NCBI GenBank assembly: GCA_043817235.1
Contig: JBDRHA010000011.1
Location: 191,769 to 255,768 of the forward strand
DNA from: Candidatus Shapirobacteria bacterium
GTDB lineage: Bacteria > Patescibacteriota > Microgenomatia > UBA12405 > BS750m-G30
DNA: 64,000 nt
Direction: 5' to 3'
In this document: positions 1 through 9,944 of the stretch, piece after piece
Position numbering within the stretch: the first letter of the stretch is position 1
How the letters are laid out: each line of letters opens with the position of its first letter
Notes under the pieces: model-generated
The model's input: the letters and a program-made list of their open reading frames with translations, nothing else
Told to the model about the DNA's origin: nothing
The model's database searches: none
Program-made: the position numbers and the translations under genes

Positions 1-51
1 TTATTGCCGCAAACGTCGCAGGCAAAATCTTCTTTTGTCTTAAAAAAGCCA

Positions 52-975
52 TTATTTTTGTTGAAGATAGCCAAAGATGTCCCGAGCGGCTTGGGCTCCT
101 TGCGAACAAGCCGTAATAATCTGGCGAAAGCCCTTAGAGGCAATAACTAAGTCTCCGGCGGCCCAAACGCCATCAACATTAGTTCTTCCGGCCGAACTAG
201 TTTTTATATACCCATCCTCATCCAGCTCTAATCCCAGCATTTGGCTTAATTTTCGGTTAGGTTCGCCGCCAATTTCAACAAAAAGTCCATCACAAGCAAG
301 TTCTTTTTTACCAGCAAACTCACGATCTAAAATAACTGCTTCTAGTTTATTTTTGCCTTTTAATTGAATAATATTGCTATTATAAATTGCGGATATATTT
401 TTCTTAGCATTAAACAGATTAATCCAAGCCGGCTCCGCCCTTAGCTTTTTCCCCCGATAAATTAAATAAACTTGAGGGCAAATCTCACTAAAATATAAAG
501 CGGCGGTAATCGCTGCATCACTCCCTCCCGCCACAGCAACTGTCTTGCCTTTAAAAAACATCCCATCGCAAGTAAAGCAATAAGATACTCCTTTACCTAA
601 ATATTCTTGCTCGCTAGCTAAATTAAGCTGGCGATGCTCCATGCCGGTAGCCAAAAGAAGAGTTTTTGCCTGATATTCTTTACCTGCTTGAGTATTAATC
701 TTAAAAAAATTCTTATCTTTTTCTATTGCTGCCACAATTCCACTCTTTATTTGCGCGCCAGCTATTTTGGCGTGTTCTTGGAATTTAACTGCCAATTCCC
801 GGCCAGATATCTTAGACCAAGAAGGATAGTTGCATATCTGGTGGGCTTTGCTAAGTGTACCGCCCAAAACCGAGGAAACAATTAAGGTTTTTAATTGGTA
901 ACGAGAGGCATATATGCCTGCGGTTAGGCCCGCCGGGCCTGACCCAACAATCAAAACATCATATGTCGAGCTCAT
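52..975 (-). CDS. trxB: thioredoxin-disulfide reductase (FAD-dependent pyridine nucleotide-disulfide oxidoreductase)
   Basis: N-terminal VGSGPAG FAD-binding motif, redox-active CFTC (CxxC) motif, C-terminal GDLV FAD motif; 307 aa typical length; translationally coupled to downstream thioredoxin. Confidence 0.85.
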   Translation of the reverse strand: MSSTYDVLIVGSGPAGLTAGIYASRYQLKTLIVSSVLGGTLSKAHQICNYPSWSKISGRELAVKFQEHAKIAGAQIKSGIVAAIEKDKNFFKINTQAGKEYQAKTLLLATGMEHRQLNLASEQEYLGKGVSYCFTCDGMFFKGKTVAVAGGSDAAITAALYFSEICPQVYLIYRGKKLRAEPAWINLFNAKKNISAIYNSNIIQLKGKNKLEAVILDREFAGKKELACDGLFVEIGGEPNRKLSQMLGLELDEDGYIKTSSAGRTNVDGVWAAGDLVIASKGFRQIITACSQGAQAARDIFGYLQQK

Positions 976-1301
976 TTTTCTCTTAATAGCAGGGCAATTT
1001 GTTCCAAAAGCCCTTCTTTTGGCTGAATCCCGATTAACTGCTTTTCCACTTTACCATCTTTGAAAATAAAAATTGCCGGAATACTCATAATATTGTATTT
1101 TTGAGCGATCTCGCCTGCCTCGTCCACGTTTACCTTAACTACTTTTACTTTCCCTTCCGTTTCCTTACTAAAGTCTTCTAAAATAGGAGCCATTAACTGG
1201 CAAGGACCGCACCAGGGCGCCCAAAAATCCACCACTACTATTCCTTTTTCTGCCAACACCTCTTTTTCAAAATCACCCTCGCCAACATTTAAAACAGACA
1301 T
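972..1301 (-). CDS. trxA: thioredoxin
   Basis: 109 aa with canonical WAPWCGPC active-site motif. Confidence 0.9.
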   Translation of the reverse strand: MSVLNVGEGDFEKEVLAEKGIVVVDFWAPWCGPCQLMAPILEDFSKETEGKVKVVKVNVDEAGEIAQKYNIMSIPAIFIFKDGKVEKQLIGIQPKEGLLEQIALLLREK

Positions 1302-1371
1302 TAATCCCCCTTTTTTTAAAAACTAATTTCTTAATTTTACTAGATTTAATCGCCCTTGAAAATATCCAAAA

Positions 1372-2574
1372 TTACTCATATCTCAATGCCTCGAGAGGCG
1401 AAAGCCGAGCGGCGCGGCGAGCAGGGATAACGCCAAAAACTATTCCAATCAAAGAAGAGACACCGAAAGCCAAGGTTATCGCCCACCAAGTAACCTGAGC
1501 CGGAAAAAACGGTTTAATGGCCAAAGTCGCCAGCCAGCTTAAAAGTACGCCGATAATTCCTCCAAACAAAGAAACAACTACCGACTCCAGTAAAAACTGC
1601 CAAAGAATATCGGAAAAAGTGGCTCCTAAAGCTTTGCGCAAACCAATTTCTTTAATCCGCTCGGTCACCGAAACAAACATGATATTCATAATCCCTACTC
1701 CGCCCACCAATAAGGAAATTGCCGCAATGCCTGCCAGCCCTAAAGTTAGAGTATTTAAAATATTACCAATAGTAGAAAGCAAATCCGCCTGATCAATCAC
1801 CGAAAAATCCTCTTCTTCATAATTCTTAAGCAAAATTTTTTTAATCTCTTCTTTTAGCTCAGGGATTGACTCTTTGTCTATAGCACTAACCGTAAAAAAA
1901 TTAAAATCTTTATTCCCTGCCAACTTCCAAACTGATATATAGGGCAAATAAATTTGGCTGTCAATGTCATTGCCTAAGCCCCCGCCTTTTTTAATCACAC
2001 TGCCGACCACCTCAAAAGTCTCTTCGTCTATTTTTACTTTTTGCCCTACAGGATTGATTTCTCCAAAAAGTTCTTCTTTCACTTCTCCCCCCAAAACTAC
2101 TACATCCTTGCCTCGAGCTTCCTCAGAATTAGTAAAAAAGCGACCAAAGTCAAATTCCAAACTCATACTTTCAACAATATCAGCCGTACAACCTAAGCCC
2201 TGAGCCAAGAATTCTCCAGAGCGAAAATTAACCAAAGCAGAAAAATTAGCCATAGGCACTACGATTTTAGCTAATTTGGCTCTTTTCAAATCAGCAAAGT
2301 CCTCTAAGTCAAAAGTGGTGGCTGACCCAGGCGAAAAACCACCCCCTTGTCCTTGGAGTTGAGCTTCGGCTACCGGCATAATATAAACCATGTTACTGCC
2401 CAAAGACTCAAACTGTTCATTAACATAGCCTTTTAAGCCATTGCCAATACTGATAAGTAAAATAACACTAGCCACCCCAATAATCATCCCCAACATGGTC
2501 AAAAAAGAGCGTAGCTTATTTCTTTTTAGCTGATCAAAAGCAATTTTTAAAAACCCAAGTTTAGTAATTTTCAT
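1372..2574 (-). CDS. ABC transporter permease, MacB/FtsX-like (N-terminal TM, large periplasmic domain, C-terminal FtsX 3-TM bundle)
   Basis: 400 aa; MacB-like topology and C-terminal FtsX-type hydrophobic segments; lies in an operon with an ABC ATPase and a HlyD-family adaptor. Confidence 0.75.
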   Translation of the reverse strand: MKITKLGFLKIAFDQLKRNKLRSFLTMLGMIIGVASVILLISIGNGLKGYVNEQFESLGSNMVYIMPVAEAQLQGQGGGFSPGSATTFDLEDFADLKRAKLAKIVVPMANFSALVNFRSGEFLAQGLGCTADIVESMSLEFDFGRFFTNSEEARGKDVVVLGGEVKEELFGEINPVGQKVKIDEETFEVVGSVIKKGGGLGNDIDSQIYLPYISVWKLAGNKDFNFFTVSAIDKESIPELKEEIKKILLKNYEEEDFSVIDQADLLSTIGNILNTLTLGLAGIAAISLLVGGVGIMNIMFVSVTERIKEIGLRKALGATFSDILWQFLLESVVVSLFGGIIGVLLSWLATLAIKPFFPAQVTWWAITLAFGVSSLIGIVFGVIPARRAARLSPLEALRYE

Positions 2575-3276
2575 CTAATCTCTTTCTTCCTTTTCAATTT
2601 TCCCATCTTTCAAATAAATTCTTCTTTTTCCCGATCTAGCCAGATTAAGATCGTGGGTTACCAAAACAACTGTTTTCCCTTCTTTTTTATTCAAGTCTAA
2701 CAAGATTTTGATTATCTCTTTGCCGGTCTTAGAATCTAAGTTGCCTGTCGGCTCATCGGCAAAAACTATTTTAGGATCAGCGATTAAAGCTCGGGCAATC
2801 GCTACTCTTTGCTGTTCGCCTCCAGATAATTGATTAGGAAAATGGCTTAACCTCTGGCCTAAGCCCAATTCCGAAAAAATTCTTTTCGCTCTGTTTGTCG
2901 CTTGGTCAAAACCGAGAGAATCGTGATACCAGATCGGGAGAAGAACGTTATCCAAAGCGCTAGTGCGCGAAAGCAAGTTAAAAGACTGGAAAACAAAGCC
3001 GATAGTTTGATTGCGCAGTTTTGCCATCTGCTCATCTGTTAAGCTTCGTGTATCTTTGCCAAGATAAACTACTTTCCCTTTACTCGGCCGATCAAGCAAG
3101 CCCAGTAAATGAAGCAGCGTTGATTTTCCAGATCCCGATGGGCCGACAATAGTAAGCAACTCTCCCTTTTTTATTTCCAGCGAAACTTTATCAAGGGCCC
3201 TAACCACCACGCCATCCATAGAATAAACTTTTTCTGCTTTTTCCAGGCTCAAAAGCGAAGTGTTTTTGCTCATCAA
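2575..3276 (-). CDS. ABC transporter ATP-binding protein (MacB/LolD-type)
   Basis: Walker A GPSGSGKST, ABC signature LSGGEQQRVAIARAL, Walker B IVFADEPTGNLD. Confidence 0.9.
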   Translation of the reverse strand: MMSKNTSLLSLEKAEKVYSMDGVVVRALDKVSLEIKKGELLTIVGPSGSGKSTLLHLLGLLDRPSKGKVVYLGKDTRSLTDEQMAKLRNQTIGFVFQSFNLLSRTSALDNVLLPIWYHDSLGFDQATNRAKRIFSELGLGQRLSHFPNQLSGGEQQRVAIARALIADPKIVFADEPTGNLDSKTGKEIIKILLDLNKKEGKTVVLVTHDLNLARSGKRRIYLKDGKIEKEERD

Positions 3277-3282
3277 AAAATC

Positions 3283-4305
3283 TTAGTCTACTAAAACTGC
3301 TTCTCCTAAATTCAACCCTTCTGTCACCTCTGCATAATCATCCGTAACCAAACCGATTTTTATTTCTCTTTTTTCTTTGTCCCAGTTTTGATTAACCACA
3401 TACACCCAGTCTTCATTTGCTCCCTGAAGGGCCTCTATTGGTATATACAAAACTCCAGACACCGAGGCTAAAAGGATTTGCGCCTCCCCTTCCATTTCCA
3501 GTCTTAAAGCCAAATTGGTATTATCCAGTTCCTCAAAGTCAAGATCTATTTGATAATTGGGACTGCTGCCCGAACTAATTGGAACAAAACTGATTCGGGA
3601 CAATGTAGCTTCAAGCTGTTTTTCGGGATAGGCGTCCAAGATTATTACTGCTTGTTTTCCTTCTGCTAAATCAACTACCTCCTCCTCATCGGCTTGAGCG
3701 GAAAAATAAACTGTACTGGGGTTTACTATTTCAAAATCAGCAGTAGCCGGTGTAATATTCACGCCGGCATAAGGCGCATCTACCACTGTCACGATTCCCT
3801 CAATCGGAGTAACCAACGTGGCATACTTCACGGCTAAATTCGCTAGCTCCACATCTAAAACCGCCTTATTAAGATCATTCTGATTTTTATCCAAAATCCG
3901 CTTTACCTCATCGGAAAGCTCAAACCACTTGTCTACGGCTTGATAATCATCCTCTCCCTGCTCAAAATCATTTCTTTCATTTAAATAATCGTACATTTCT
4001 TTTTCGAAAGTCTTTTGCAGTTCCCGTTTATCCAACGAGGCAAGAGCCTGATACTTTTTTACCCAATCGCCCTCTTTCACTCCCACCCAAGCCAGAAGAC
4101 CGGATGCTTGAAACCGAAGGGTTATTTTTTGGCGCGCATGAACTTCTCCAGACAGAGAAAGTAATTTCTCTAAATCTCCTTTTTTTACTTGAGCAGTTTT
4201 TTGCTGCTCTTTTTCAATAATTTCTTTTCTTTCTCTATTTCCCCAAACCAAACCCGCCACTATTAGTAAAATTAAAAGAAAAACAAACCACTTTTTCCTG
4301 GCCAC
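3283..4305 (-). CDS. efflux transporter periplasmic adaptor subunit (HlyD/MacA family membrane fusion protein)
   Basis: N-terminal TM anchor, coiled-coil rich middle, position upstream of the ABC ATPase/FtsX permease pair. Confidence 0.7.
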   Translation of the reverse strand: MARKKWFVFLLILLIVAGLVWGNRERKEIIEKEQQKTAQVKKGDLEKLLSLSGEVHARQKITLRFQASGLLAWVGVKEGDWVKKYQALASLDKRELQKTFEKEMYDYLNERNDFEQGEDDYQAVDKWFELSDEVKRILDKNQNDLNKAVLDVELANLAVKYATLVTPIEGIVTVVDAPYAGVNITPATADFEIVNPSTVYFSAQADEEEVVDLAEGKQAVIILDAYPEKQLEATLSRISFVPISSGSSPNYQIDLDFEELDNTNLALRLEMEGEAQILLASVSGVLYIPIEALQGANEDWVYVVNQNWDKEKREIKIGLVTDDYAEVTEGLNLGEAVLVD

Positions 4306-4410
4306 AATAAGTTTCTTAATTTTTTTTAAACATTTTCAGAAAATATTATAGCTTATTTTGTTAGCTCTAAACAAACTTTCCCAATGCTCCGCAACTACGT
4401 GATTGAGGGG

Positions 4411-4495
4411 TCTTTGTCATTCCCGACTTGATCGGGAATCTATATAATAATTCCCGATGTTGCAAGGGCAGTCAACTCCCGAGGTTGAAGTTTGC
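4411..4495. repeat. composite intergenic repeat: hairpin GTCATTCCCGACTTGATCGGGAAT followed by 36-nt motif TCCCGATGTTGCAAGGGCAGTCAACTCCCGAGGTTG
   Basis: hairpin is near-identical in structure to 22543-22570; the 36-mer recurs exactly at 37843-37878 and partly at 19055-19085. Confidence 0.7.
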
Positions 4496-4522
4496 CCTGA
4501 CAACAACCCCATTAATCTCTTA

Positions 4523-4837
4523 TTAGCTTCCGAATATGAGCCCGGGATGAGGCAAATTGTCTCTGACGATAATTGTTCCCTGATCTTCCTCTAGATCTTT
4601 AATTGGTTTTGGTTTTTCCCAAGCATGAGATCCTAACTCTTCTGCTGACATCCTCGGCCGTTCTATTAAAAGGTGAGAGTCACTGCCATCATGAGGTGTG
4701 CACCAATTTACTTCTACTCCATCGCCGACCTTTTGGAAGAGGGTAGTATTAGGATGGAGAGAACAACCAATAACTTTTCCCTTAGGATCAAAAATAGCCT
4801 CTCCTCTTAATGATTTTCGTTCTTGTTCAGCTGACAT
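4523..4837 (-). CDS. hypothetical protein (His/Cys-containing, no recognisable domain)
   Basis: 104-aa ORF between two repeat/terminator elements; slightly GC-richer than neighbours. Confidence 0.35.
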   Translation of the reverse strand: MSAEQERKSLRGEAIFDPKGKVIGCSLHPNTTLFQKVGDGVEVNWCTPHDGSDSHLLIERPRMSAEELGSHAWEKPKPIKDLEEDQGTIIVRDNLPHPGLIFGS

Positions 4838-4862
4838 AAACTTTTCACCTTCTTTCTTTAAA

Positions 4863-4901
4863 GAATTTTATTTTAAAACAAAAACTGCCCTCAAGGCAGT
4901 T
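4863..4901 (-). terminator. rho-independent terminator (stem AACTGCC/GGCAGTT, loop, T-tract on minus strand)
   Basis: perfect 7-bp stem followed by TTTGTTTT on the minus strand, 30 nt downstream of the stop of the 4934-5431 gene. Confidence 0.6.
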
Positions 4902-4933
4902 AGGTTATTAATAGCACCAATTAAGCCTCCTTG

Positions 4934-5431
4934 TCAATCCTCACAGGAGAAGCCCAGCTCCTGAGCAATGCTTTTAATATCTTCTCTAACCGAATCTAAA
5001 CGGCAAGCTTTGGCAATCGCTAACCGGGATTTTTCCTCATCTCCTTTTTGGTACCAAAGAAGACCGAGAGCAACCCAAGCGTCCGGATAAGAAAAATCAG
5101 CCACTATCCTTTCTTTCCAAAATCTAATTTCGTTTTCCCGTTTTTGAGAATCCAAAGCTCTTAAACGCCGTTGATAAACTTCAGCTTGATCGGCCAGAAT
5201 CAGATTTTCCTGATAAGTAATAGCCGTGTTTATTGCCTCAAGCTTTTCTTCTGCTTTTTCAAATTGCTTATTTTCTAGATAGCATCCGGCTATTTTTAGA
5301 TCTAAATCTACGTTATTTCCCTTTCCAGACACCCGAGCCAAGAGTCGACAGCCCCCAGAAAAAACTAGGACTAGGACGGAAAAAATAAGAATAAAAAATA
5401 GAAAAATTAACCAGAATCTTTTTTTGGCCAT
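4934..5431 (-). CDS. membrane-anchored TPR-like repeat protein
   Basis: N-terminal hydrophobic helix then helical repeats (AWVALGLLWYQKGDEEKS... pattern); overlaps valS start by 25 nt. Confidence 0.45.
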   Translation of the reverse strand: MAKKRFWLIFLFFILIFSVLVLVFSGGCRLLARVSGKGNNVDLDLKIAGCYLENKQFEKAEEKLEAINTAITYQENLILADQAEVYQRRLRALDSQKRENEIRFWKERIVADFSYPDAWVALGLLWYQKGDEEKSRLAIAKACRLDSVREDIKSIAQELGFSCED

Positions 5432-7662
5432 GAGGCGGTCATTAAATATTCAGATTTAAACAAAGAATTATCTTTTAATTCCTTCCTAAAGTTTTGATAA
5501 ACAGCCTCGGTCACGAAAGGAGCAAAGGGATGAAGAAGTTTTAGACTTGCTGTTAAAACTTTTAGCAAGACAGGCAGAGCTTCAGCTTTTCGCTTCTTGG
5601 CTTTTTCCAGATATAAATCGCAAAACTCGTGCCAGAAAAACTGATAAATCATTTCCAAGGCCTGGCCATAGCGATACTTTTGCAAGTGCTGGTCAACTTC
5701 AACAATTAGATTATTTAGCTTTCTTAAAATCTCTTGATCGTCTTTATTTTTTTTACTTTTCTTCAGTTTCCAGCTTTCTTCTTGGCCGATAAAATGAATA
5801 AACCGAGCCGCATTCCAAATTTTATTGGTAAAATTGCGCATCGCTTCAATCTTTTTATCGGAAAGGGCGATATTGCTGGCCGGCCCTACTCCGTAAATTA
5901 AGGCCATGCGCAAAGCATCGGCGCCGTATTTTTCAATTGCCTGGCTGGGGTTTAAGACATTGCCCTTGCTTTTGCTCATTTTTTGCCCTTGCTCATCAAC
6001 CACCTTTGCGTGAAGATGAATCAGTTTAAACGGAGTTTTTTTAGCCAAATAAAAACCGAAAATCATCATTCTGGCCACCCAGAAAAAAAGAATATCCCAG
6101 AGAGTATCTAAAACACTTGTGGGATAAAAGTAGTTAAAGTCTGCGCTATTCTTTTCGGGATTTTGGACATTAAAACCTAGGGCAGTCAGCGGCCACTGGC
6201 CGGACAAAAACCAGGTATCAAAAGTATCTGTTTCCTGCAACAATTTCTTGCCTTGGCATTTTGAGCAAACTCTGGCTTCTTTTAATTCATATCGGGCCTC
6301 AATCGGGGCGCTTAATGTTTGCAATCCCTTTTTTATTTCCGAATAAGAATATTTATTTTTAAATTCTTGATATTTGCCGCCAATAAGCTCGCCTTTTTTA
6401 TCCAAAAAATTAAGCTGGATTTGAGGATTACAGTCCAAGCAATACCAGGCCGGAATTTGTGGCCCCCAAACAATTTGCCGGGAAATATTCCAATCCCGAA
6501 TATTTTCAAGCCAATCAAGATAAACCCTTTTAAACCGGAACGGAAAAACTCTGGTTTCTCCTTTTTTAATCGCGGCAATTACTCCTTTAACCAAAGGCTT
6601 AGTTTTTACAAACCACTGGGGAGTAGGTAAGGGCTCAATAGTTGATCCACAGCGGTAGCAAACACTCAAAGTATGGTCAATTGCTTCGGTTTTGATTAAC
6701 TTTCCCGCTTTTTGAAGCTTTTCAAGAGTGATTTCTCGAGCTTTTTCTATTTTCAGACCATTTATTCCCGGCAGGGCATTAACTATCTTCCCTTTAAAAT
6801 CCAAGCACGCAACTAAAGGCAAATCATGCTTTTTTCCTATTTCAAAATCAGTTGCGTCATGAGCCGGAGTAATTTTTAAAGCACCGGTGCCAAAATCTTT
6901 ATCCACCAAGTCGTCAGCGACTATGGGTATTTTTTTATCGATCAAAGGAACAATTGCTTCTTTCCCAACGAGTTTTTGATATCTTTTATCTTTAGGATTA
7001 ACTGCCACTGCCACATCAGCAAAAATTGTTTCCGGCCGGGTGGTGGCAATTTTAATTATTCCATAATCAAGACAATAAAGTTCTCCTTTTTCTTCTTGAT
7101 GATCAACTTCTAAATCCGAAAAAGCCGTACCGCAAGAAGGGCAGTAATTAACTACTCTTTGCGCCCGATAAATCAAACCACCTTGATGAAGTTTTCGGAA
7201 AGTGGTCAAAATCTGCTTCACAATTCCCGGCTCCAAGCTATAGTGATAACGAGACCAGTCTAGGGCAAAACCAAGTTCTTTCATCTGGAAAATATTAATT
7301 TTCCGGTTTTTTTCCACAAAATTCCAAATCATTTGGTAAAGGGTTTGGCGGTCATAATCAAATCGGCTTTGTCCCTTTTTCCGAAGCTCTTTTTCAAAAA
7401 CAAACTGGGTTTCAATCCCGGCATGGTCTGACCCGGGCAGCCAAAGAGTAATTTTGCCGCGCATCTTTTGATAGCGAATCATGATATCTTCAATCACAAA
7501 CATCGCGTGGCCCATATGCATCGGGTCATTAGCATTAGGAAGCGGCAGAATGATGGTAAAAGGCTTTTTCTTTTTGTTTATTTTGGGAGTAAACAAACCC
7601 TTTTTCTCCCACTCATCATATATCTTTTGCTCAAATAATTGGGGCTGATATTTTTTGTCCAT
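5407..7662 (-). CDS. valS: valine--tRNA ligase (class I aaRS, compact form lacking C-terminal coiled coil)
   Basis: HMGH (HIGH) and KMSKS motifs; LWLPGSDHAGIETQ motif typical of ValRS; 751 aa. Confidence 0.8.
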   Translation of the reverse strand: MDKKYQPQLFEQKIYDEWEKKGLFTPKINKKKKPFTIILPLPNANDPMHMGHAMFVIEDIMIRYQKMRGKITLWLPGSDHAGIETQFVFEKELRKKGQSRFDYDRQTLYQMIWNFVEKNRKINIFQMKELGFALDWSRYHYSLEPGIVKQILTTFRKLHQGGLIYRAQRVVNYCPSCGTAFSDLEVDHQEEKGELYCLDYGIIKIATTRPETIFADVAVAVNPKDKRYQKLVGKEAIVPLIDKKIPIVADDLVDKDFGTGALKITPAHDATDFEIGKKHDLPLVACLDFKGKIVNALPGINGLKIEKAREITLEKLQKAGKLIKTEAIDHTLSVCYRCGSTIEPLPTPQWFVKTKPLVKGVIAAIKKGETRVFPFRFKRVYLDWLENIRDWNISRQIVWGPQIPAWYCLDCNPQIQLNFLDKKGELIGGKYQEFKNKYSYSEIKKGLQTLSAPIEARYELKEARVCSKCQGKKLLQETDTFDTWFLSGQWPLTALGFNVQNPEKNSADFNYFYPTSVLDTLWDILFFWVARMMIFGFYLAKKTPFKLIHLHAKVVDEQGQKMSKSKGNVLNPSQAIEKYGADALRMALIYGVGPASNIALSDKKIEAMRNFTNKIWNAARFIHFIGQEESWKLKKSKKNKDDQEILRKLNNLIVEVDQHLQKYRYGQALEMIYQFFWHEFCDLYLEKAKKRKAEALPVLLKVLTASLKLLHPFAPFVTEAVYQNFRKELKDNSLFKSEYLMTASWPKKDSG

Positions 7663-7722
7663 AAACTTAGGTATATTTTAACAAACTTTCTTTCAGAACT
7701 AAATTAGGTTATCTTAAAGAAG

Positions 7723-8349
7723 ATGAACAAGGCGGTTCTATTAAAAGAAATTGCTGACAAGATCGGGCACTGCCAGCTTTGCCCGCTTTATAAGCAAGCC
7801 ACTAATCCAGTTCCCGGAGAAGGAAATTCGGAAGCTCAAATTGTTTTTATTGGCGAAGCGCCGGGTTACTGGGAAGACCAAAAAGGCATCCCTTTTTGCG
7901 GCGCGGCTGGAAATTTACTAAACAAACTTCTTTCGGAAATAAATTTAAAGAGAGACGAAGTTTTTATCGGCAATATTTTAAAACACCGGCCGCCTAATAA
8001 CCGCGACCCCCTACCCAATGAGATAAAGGCTTGCACCCCTTATCTTAAAGAACAGCTCCTGATTATTAAACCGAAAATTATTATTACCTTAGGAAGATTT
8101 GCCATGAATTATTTTTTACCCGGCGCCTATATTTCCCACACTCACGGACAACTAAAAAAAATAACTTGGCAAGAGTTAAATCTTTTTCTTTATCCGCTTT
8201 ATCATCCGGCCGCTGCTTTGAGGAATGGCCAGGTGATGAATGAGTTAAGAGCTGATTTCTTAAAAATCCCCCAGATTCTGAAAAATTCAGAAGGGCCACC
8301 TCCCGCCCCCCAACCCGCTTTCCAGCCTAAGCAAGAAAACTTATTTTAA
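7723..8349 (+). CDS. udg: uracil-DNA glycosylase, family 4
   Basis: CQLCPL Fe-S cysteine cluster, GEAPGYWED and FCGAAGNLL motifs characteristic of family 4 UDG. Confidence 0.8.
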   Translation: MNKAVLLKEIADKIGHCQLCPLYKQATNPVPGEGNSEAQIVFIGEAPGYWEDQKGIPFCGAAGNLLNKLLSEINLKRDEVFIGNILKHRPPNNRDPLPNEIKACTPYLKEQLLIIKPKIIITLGRFAMNYFLPGAYISHTHGQLKKITWQELNLFLYPLYHPAAALRNGQVMNELRADFLKIPQILKNSEGPPPAPQPAFQPKQENLF

Positions 8350-8352
8350 GTT

Positions 8353-8913
8353 TTAACTTTTTCGGCTAACGTATTCGCCGGTTTCCGCATTGACCACTAT
8401 TTCTTCACCCTTTTTAATAAAAAGAGGAACTTTAACAACCAAGCCATTATCAAGTGTGGCCGGCTTAGTGGCCGCCGAAACTGTATCGCCTCGAACACCC
8501 TTTTCAGTTTTCTCTACCTTAAAAGCAATTTTTTTCGGTAAGCTTATCCCTACTACCTGGCTTTCCCAAAACAAAAGACCGTAAGTTTCACTTGTCTTTA
8601 AATATTTTTCCTCCTCCTTAATAATTTTTCTTTCCACGCTGATCTGGTCGAAGCTTCCAGGATTCATAAAGACTGCTTGAAAACCATCAAAATATAAAAA
8701 TTGATAGTGCTCATTAGTTACCTCAATTTCTTCCACTTTATCATCTGTAATTAAAGTTTCTTTAATTACTTTGCCGGTTTTTAAATTTTTCAATTTTAAT
8801 CTAGTTACGGCATGGCCACGGCCCGGATTAAAAAATTCTTTAGCCACGATTACCACTGGTTCACCTCGCCAGTTTAAAAAAGAGCCTTTGTTTAAGTTTC
8901 CTGCTTTAGTCAT
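8353..8913 (-). CDS. efp: elongation factor P
   Basis: 186 aa, three-domain EF-P with the KPGKGxA-like loop (NPGRGHA) near the N-terminus. Confidence 0.85.
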   Translation of the reverse strand: MTKAGNLNKGSFLNWRGEPVVIVAKEFFNPGRGHAVTRLKLKNLKTGKVIKETLITDDKVEEIEVTNEHYQFLYFDGFQAVFMNPGSFDQISVERKIIKEEEKYLKTSETYGLLFWESQVVGISLPKKIAFKVEKTEKGVRGDTVSAATKPATLDNGLVVKVPLFIKKGEEIVVNAETGEYVSRKS

Positions 8914-8916
8914 TTT

Positions 8917-9660
8917 TCATTCGCCTATCAGTAACTTCAAGCCATATATTACACCCGCTCCTGCCAAAAACAAAGCCAAAGTTAAAAAAGACCTAGCAAT
9001 ATCTTTTTCCTGGCGAATCTCCGGAAGCAAATCACAAGCCGCGATATAAATAAACCCGCCCGCTGCCAGAGGCATTAAGTACGGGATAAAAGCTTGGCTT
9101 TCTTTGGTAAACAGGTAGCCCACTATGCCTCCAAGAACGACAGTTAAAGCGACCAAAAAATTAGCCAAAAGTGCTTTTTTCTTTTGCCAGCCGGAATAAA
9201 GGAGAACCCCGAAATCACCAATCTCTTGAGGAATTTCATGTAAAGCAACCGCTAAAGAAGTGGCTATCCCCAAATTAAAATCAGCACTAAAAGCAGCAGC
9301 AATAATTAACCCATCTAAAAAGTTATGGATACTGTCCCCAATTAAATTTAAGTAGCCAATATTGCGCGCCAGGCACTTATTATCATGACAATGATGATAA
9401 TGAAATATTTTTTCCAAAATCAAGAAACAAAATAAAGAAAAAAAGGTCAGCAAAAAAACTAAATCAGGATCGAGAAATTCTAAAGCCTCGGGCAAAAGGT
9501 GAAAAAAGGCACCAGCTATCAATGCCCCCGCAGAAAAAGAGACTAAGGACAAAATAATTTTATCCAGCAGCTTTTCTTTTATTGCTAAAGTGAAAACACC
9601 AGCCAAAGCTCCCAAGCTAATTAACAAAGTGGAAATTATTACTAAAGCAAAAGTAGACAT
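8917..9660 (-). CDS. ZIP family metal (zinc) transporter
   Basis: multiple TM helices, His-rich HYHHCHD loop, HNFLDG and HEIPQE metal-binding motifs. Confidence 0.8.
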   Translation of the reverse strand: MSTFALVIISTLLISLGALAGVFTLAIKEKLLDKIILSLVSFSAGALIAGAFFHLLPEALEFLDPDLVFLLTFFSLFCFLILEKIFHYHHCHDNKCLARNIGYLNLIGDSIHNFLDGLIIAAAFSADFNLGIATSLAVALHEIPQEIGDFGVLLYSGWQKKKALLANFLVALTVVLGGIVGYLFTKESQAFIPYLMPLAAGGFIYIAACDLLPEIRQEKDIARSFLTLALFLAGAGVIYGLKLLIGE

Positions 9661-9684
9661 ATTACCTATTTTACCAGAAAAATA

Positions 9685-9933
9685 TTACTTTCTCTTTCTG
9701 ACTTTCCCGATAATGTGCCGCAGGAGTTTAATGTCCACGATAATCTCGCTAATAAATGCAAAAGGCAATGCTACTAAAAAAGCAACTTTAAAAGTGCGCC
9801 AAGTAATGGGATCATCGGTCGCAAAATAGATCGCTAAAATATCTTCAATAATACCCATTGCCAAACCAATTAGAAAAAACTCTAAAAGATGAGAATAAAT
9901 AATTTTTTTTTCGCGACGAGTAAGTAAAGACAT
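9685..9933 (-). CDS. small membrane protein, hypothetical
   Basis: 82 aa, two predicted TM helices. Confidence 0.4.
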   Translation of the reverse strand: MSLLTRREKKIIYSHLLEFFLIGLAMGIIEDILAIYFATDDPITWRTFKVAFLVALPFAFISEIIVDIKLLRHIIGKVRKRK

Positions 9934-9944
9934 CTTTAATTTTT

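Noticed and set aside
6319-6630. Antisense and overlapping small ORFs inside valS (6319-6630, 6333-6578, 5547-5792) and similar ones inside PBPs, korA and VirB4 (for example 37847-38149, 42152-42704, 58009-58687)
   Set aside because: They are fully nested in well-supported longer genes on the opposite strand or in another frame, and have low-complexity composition
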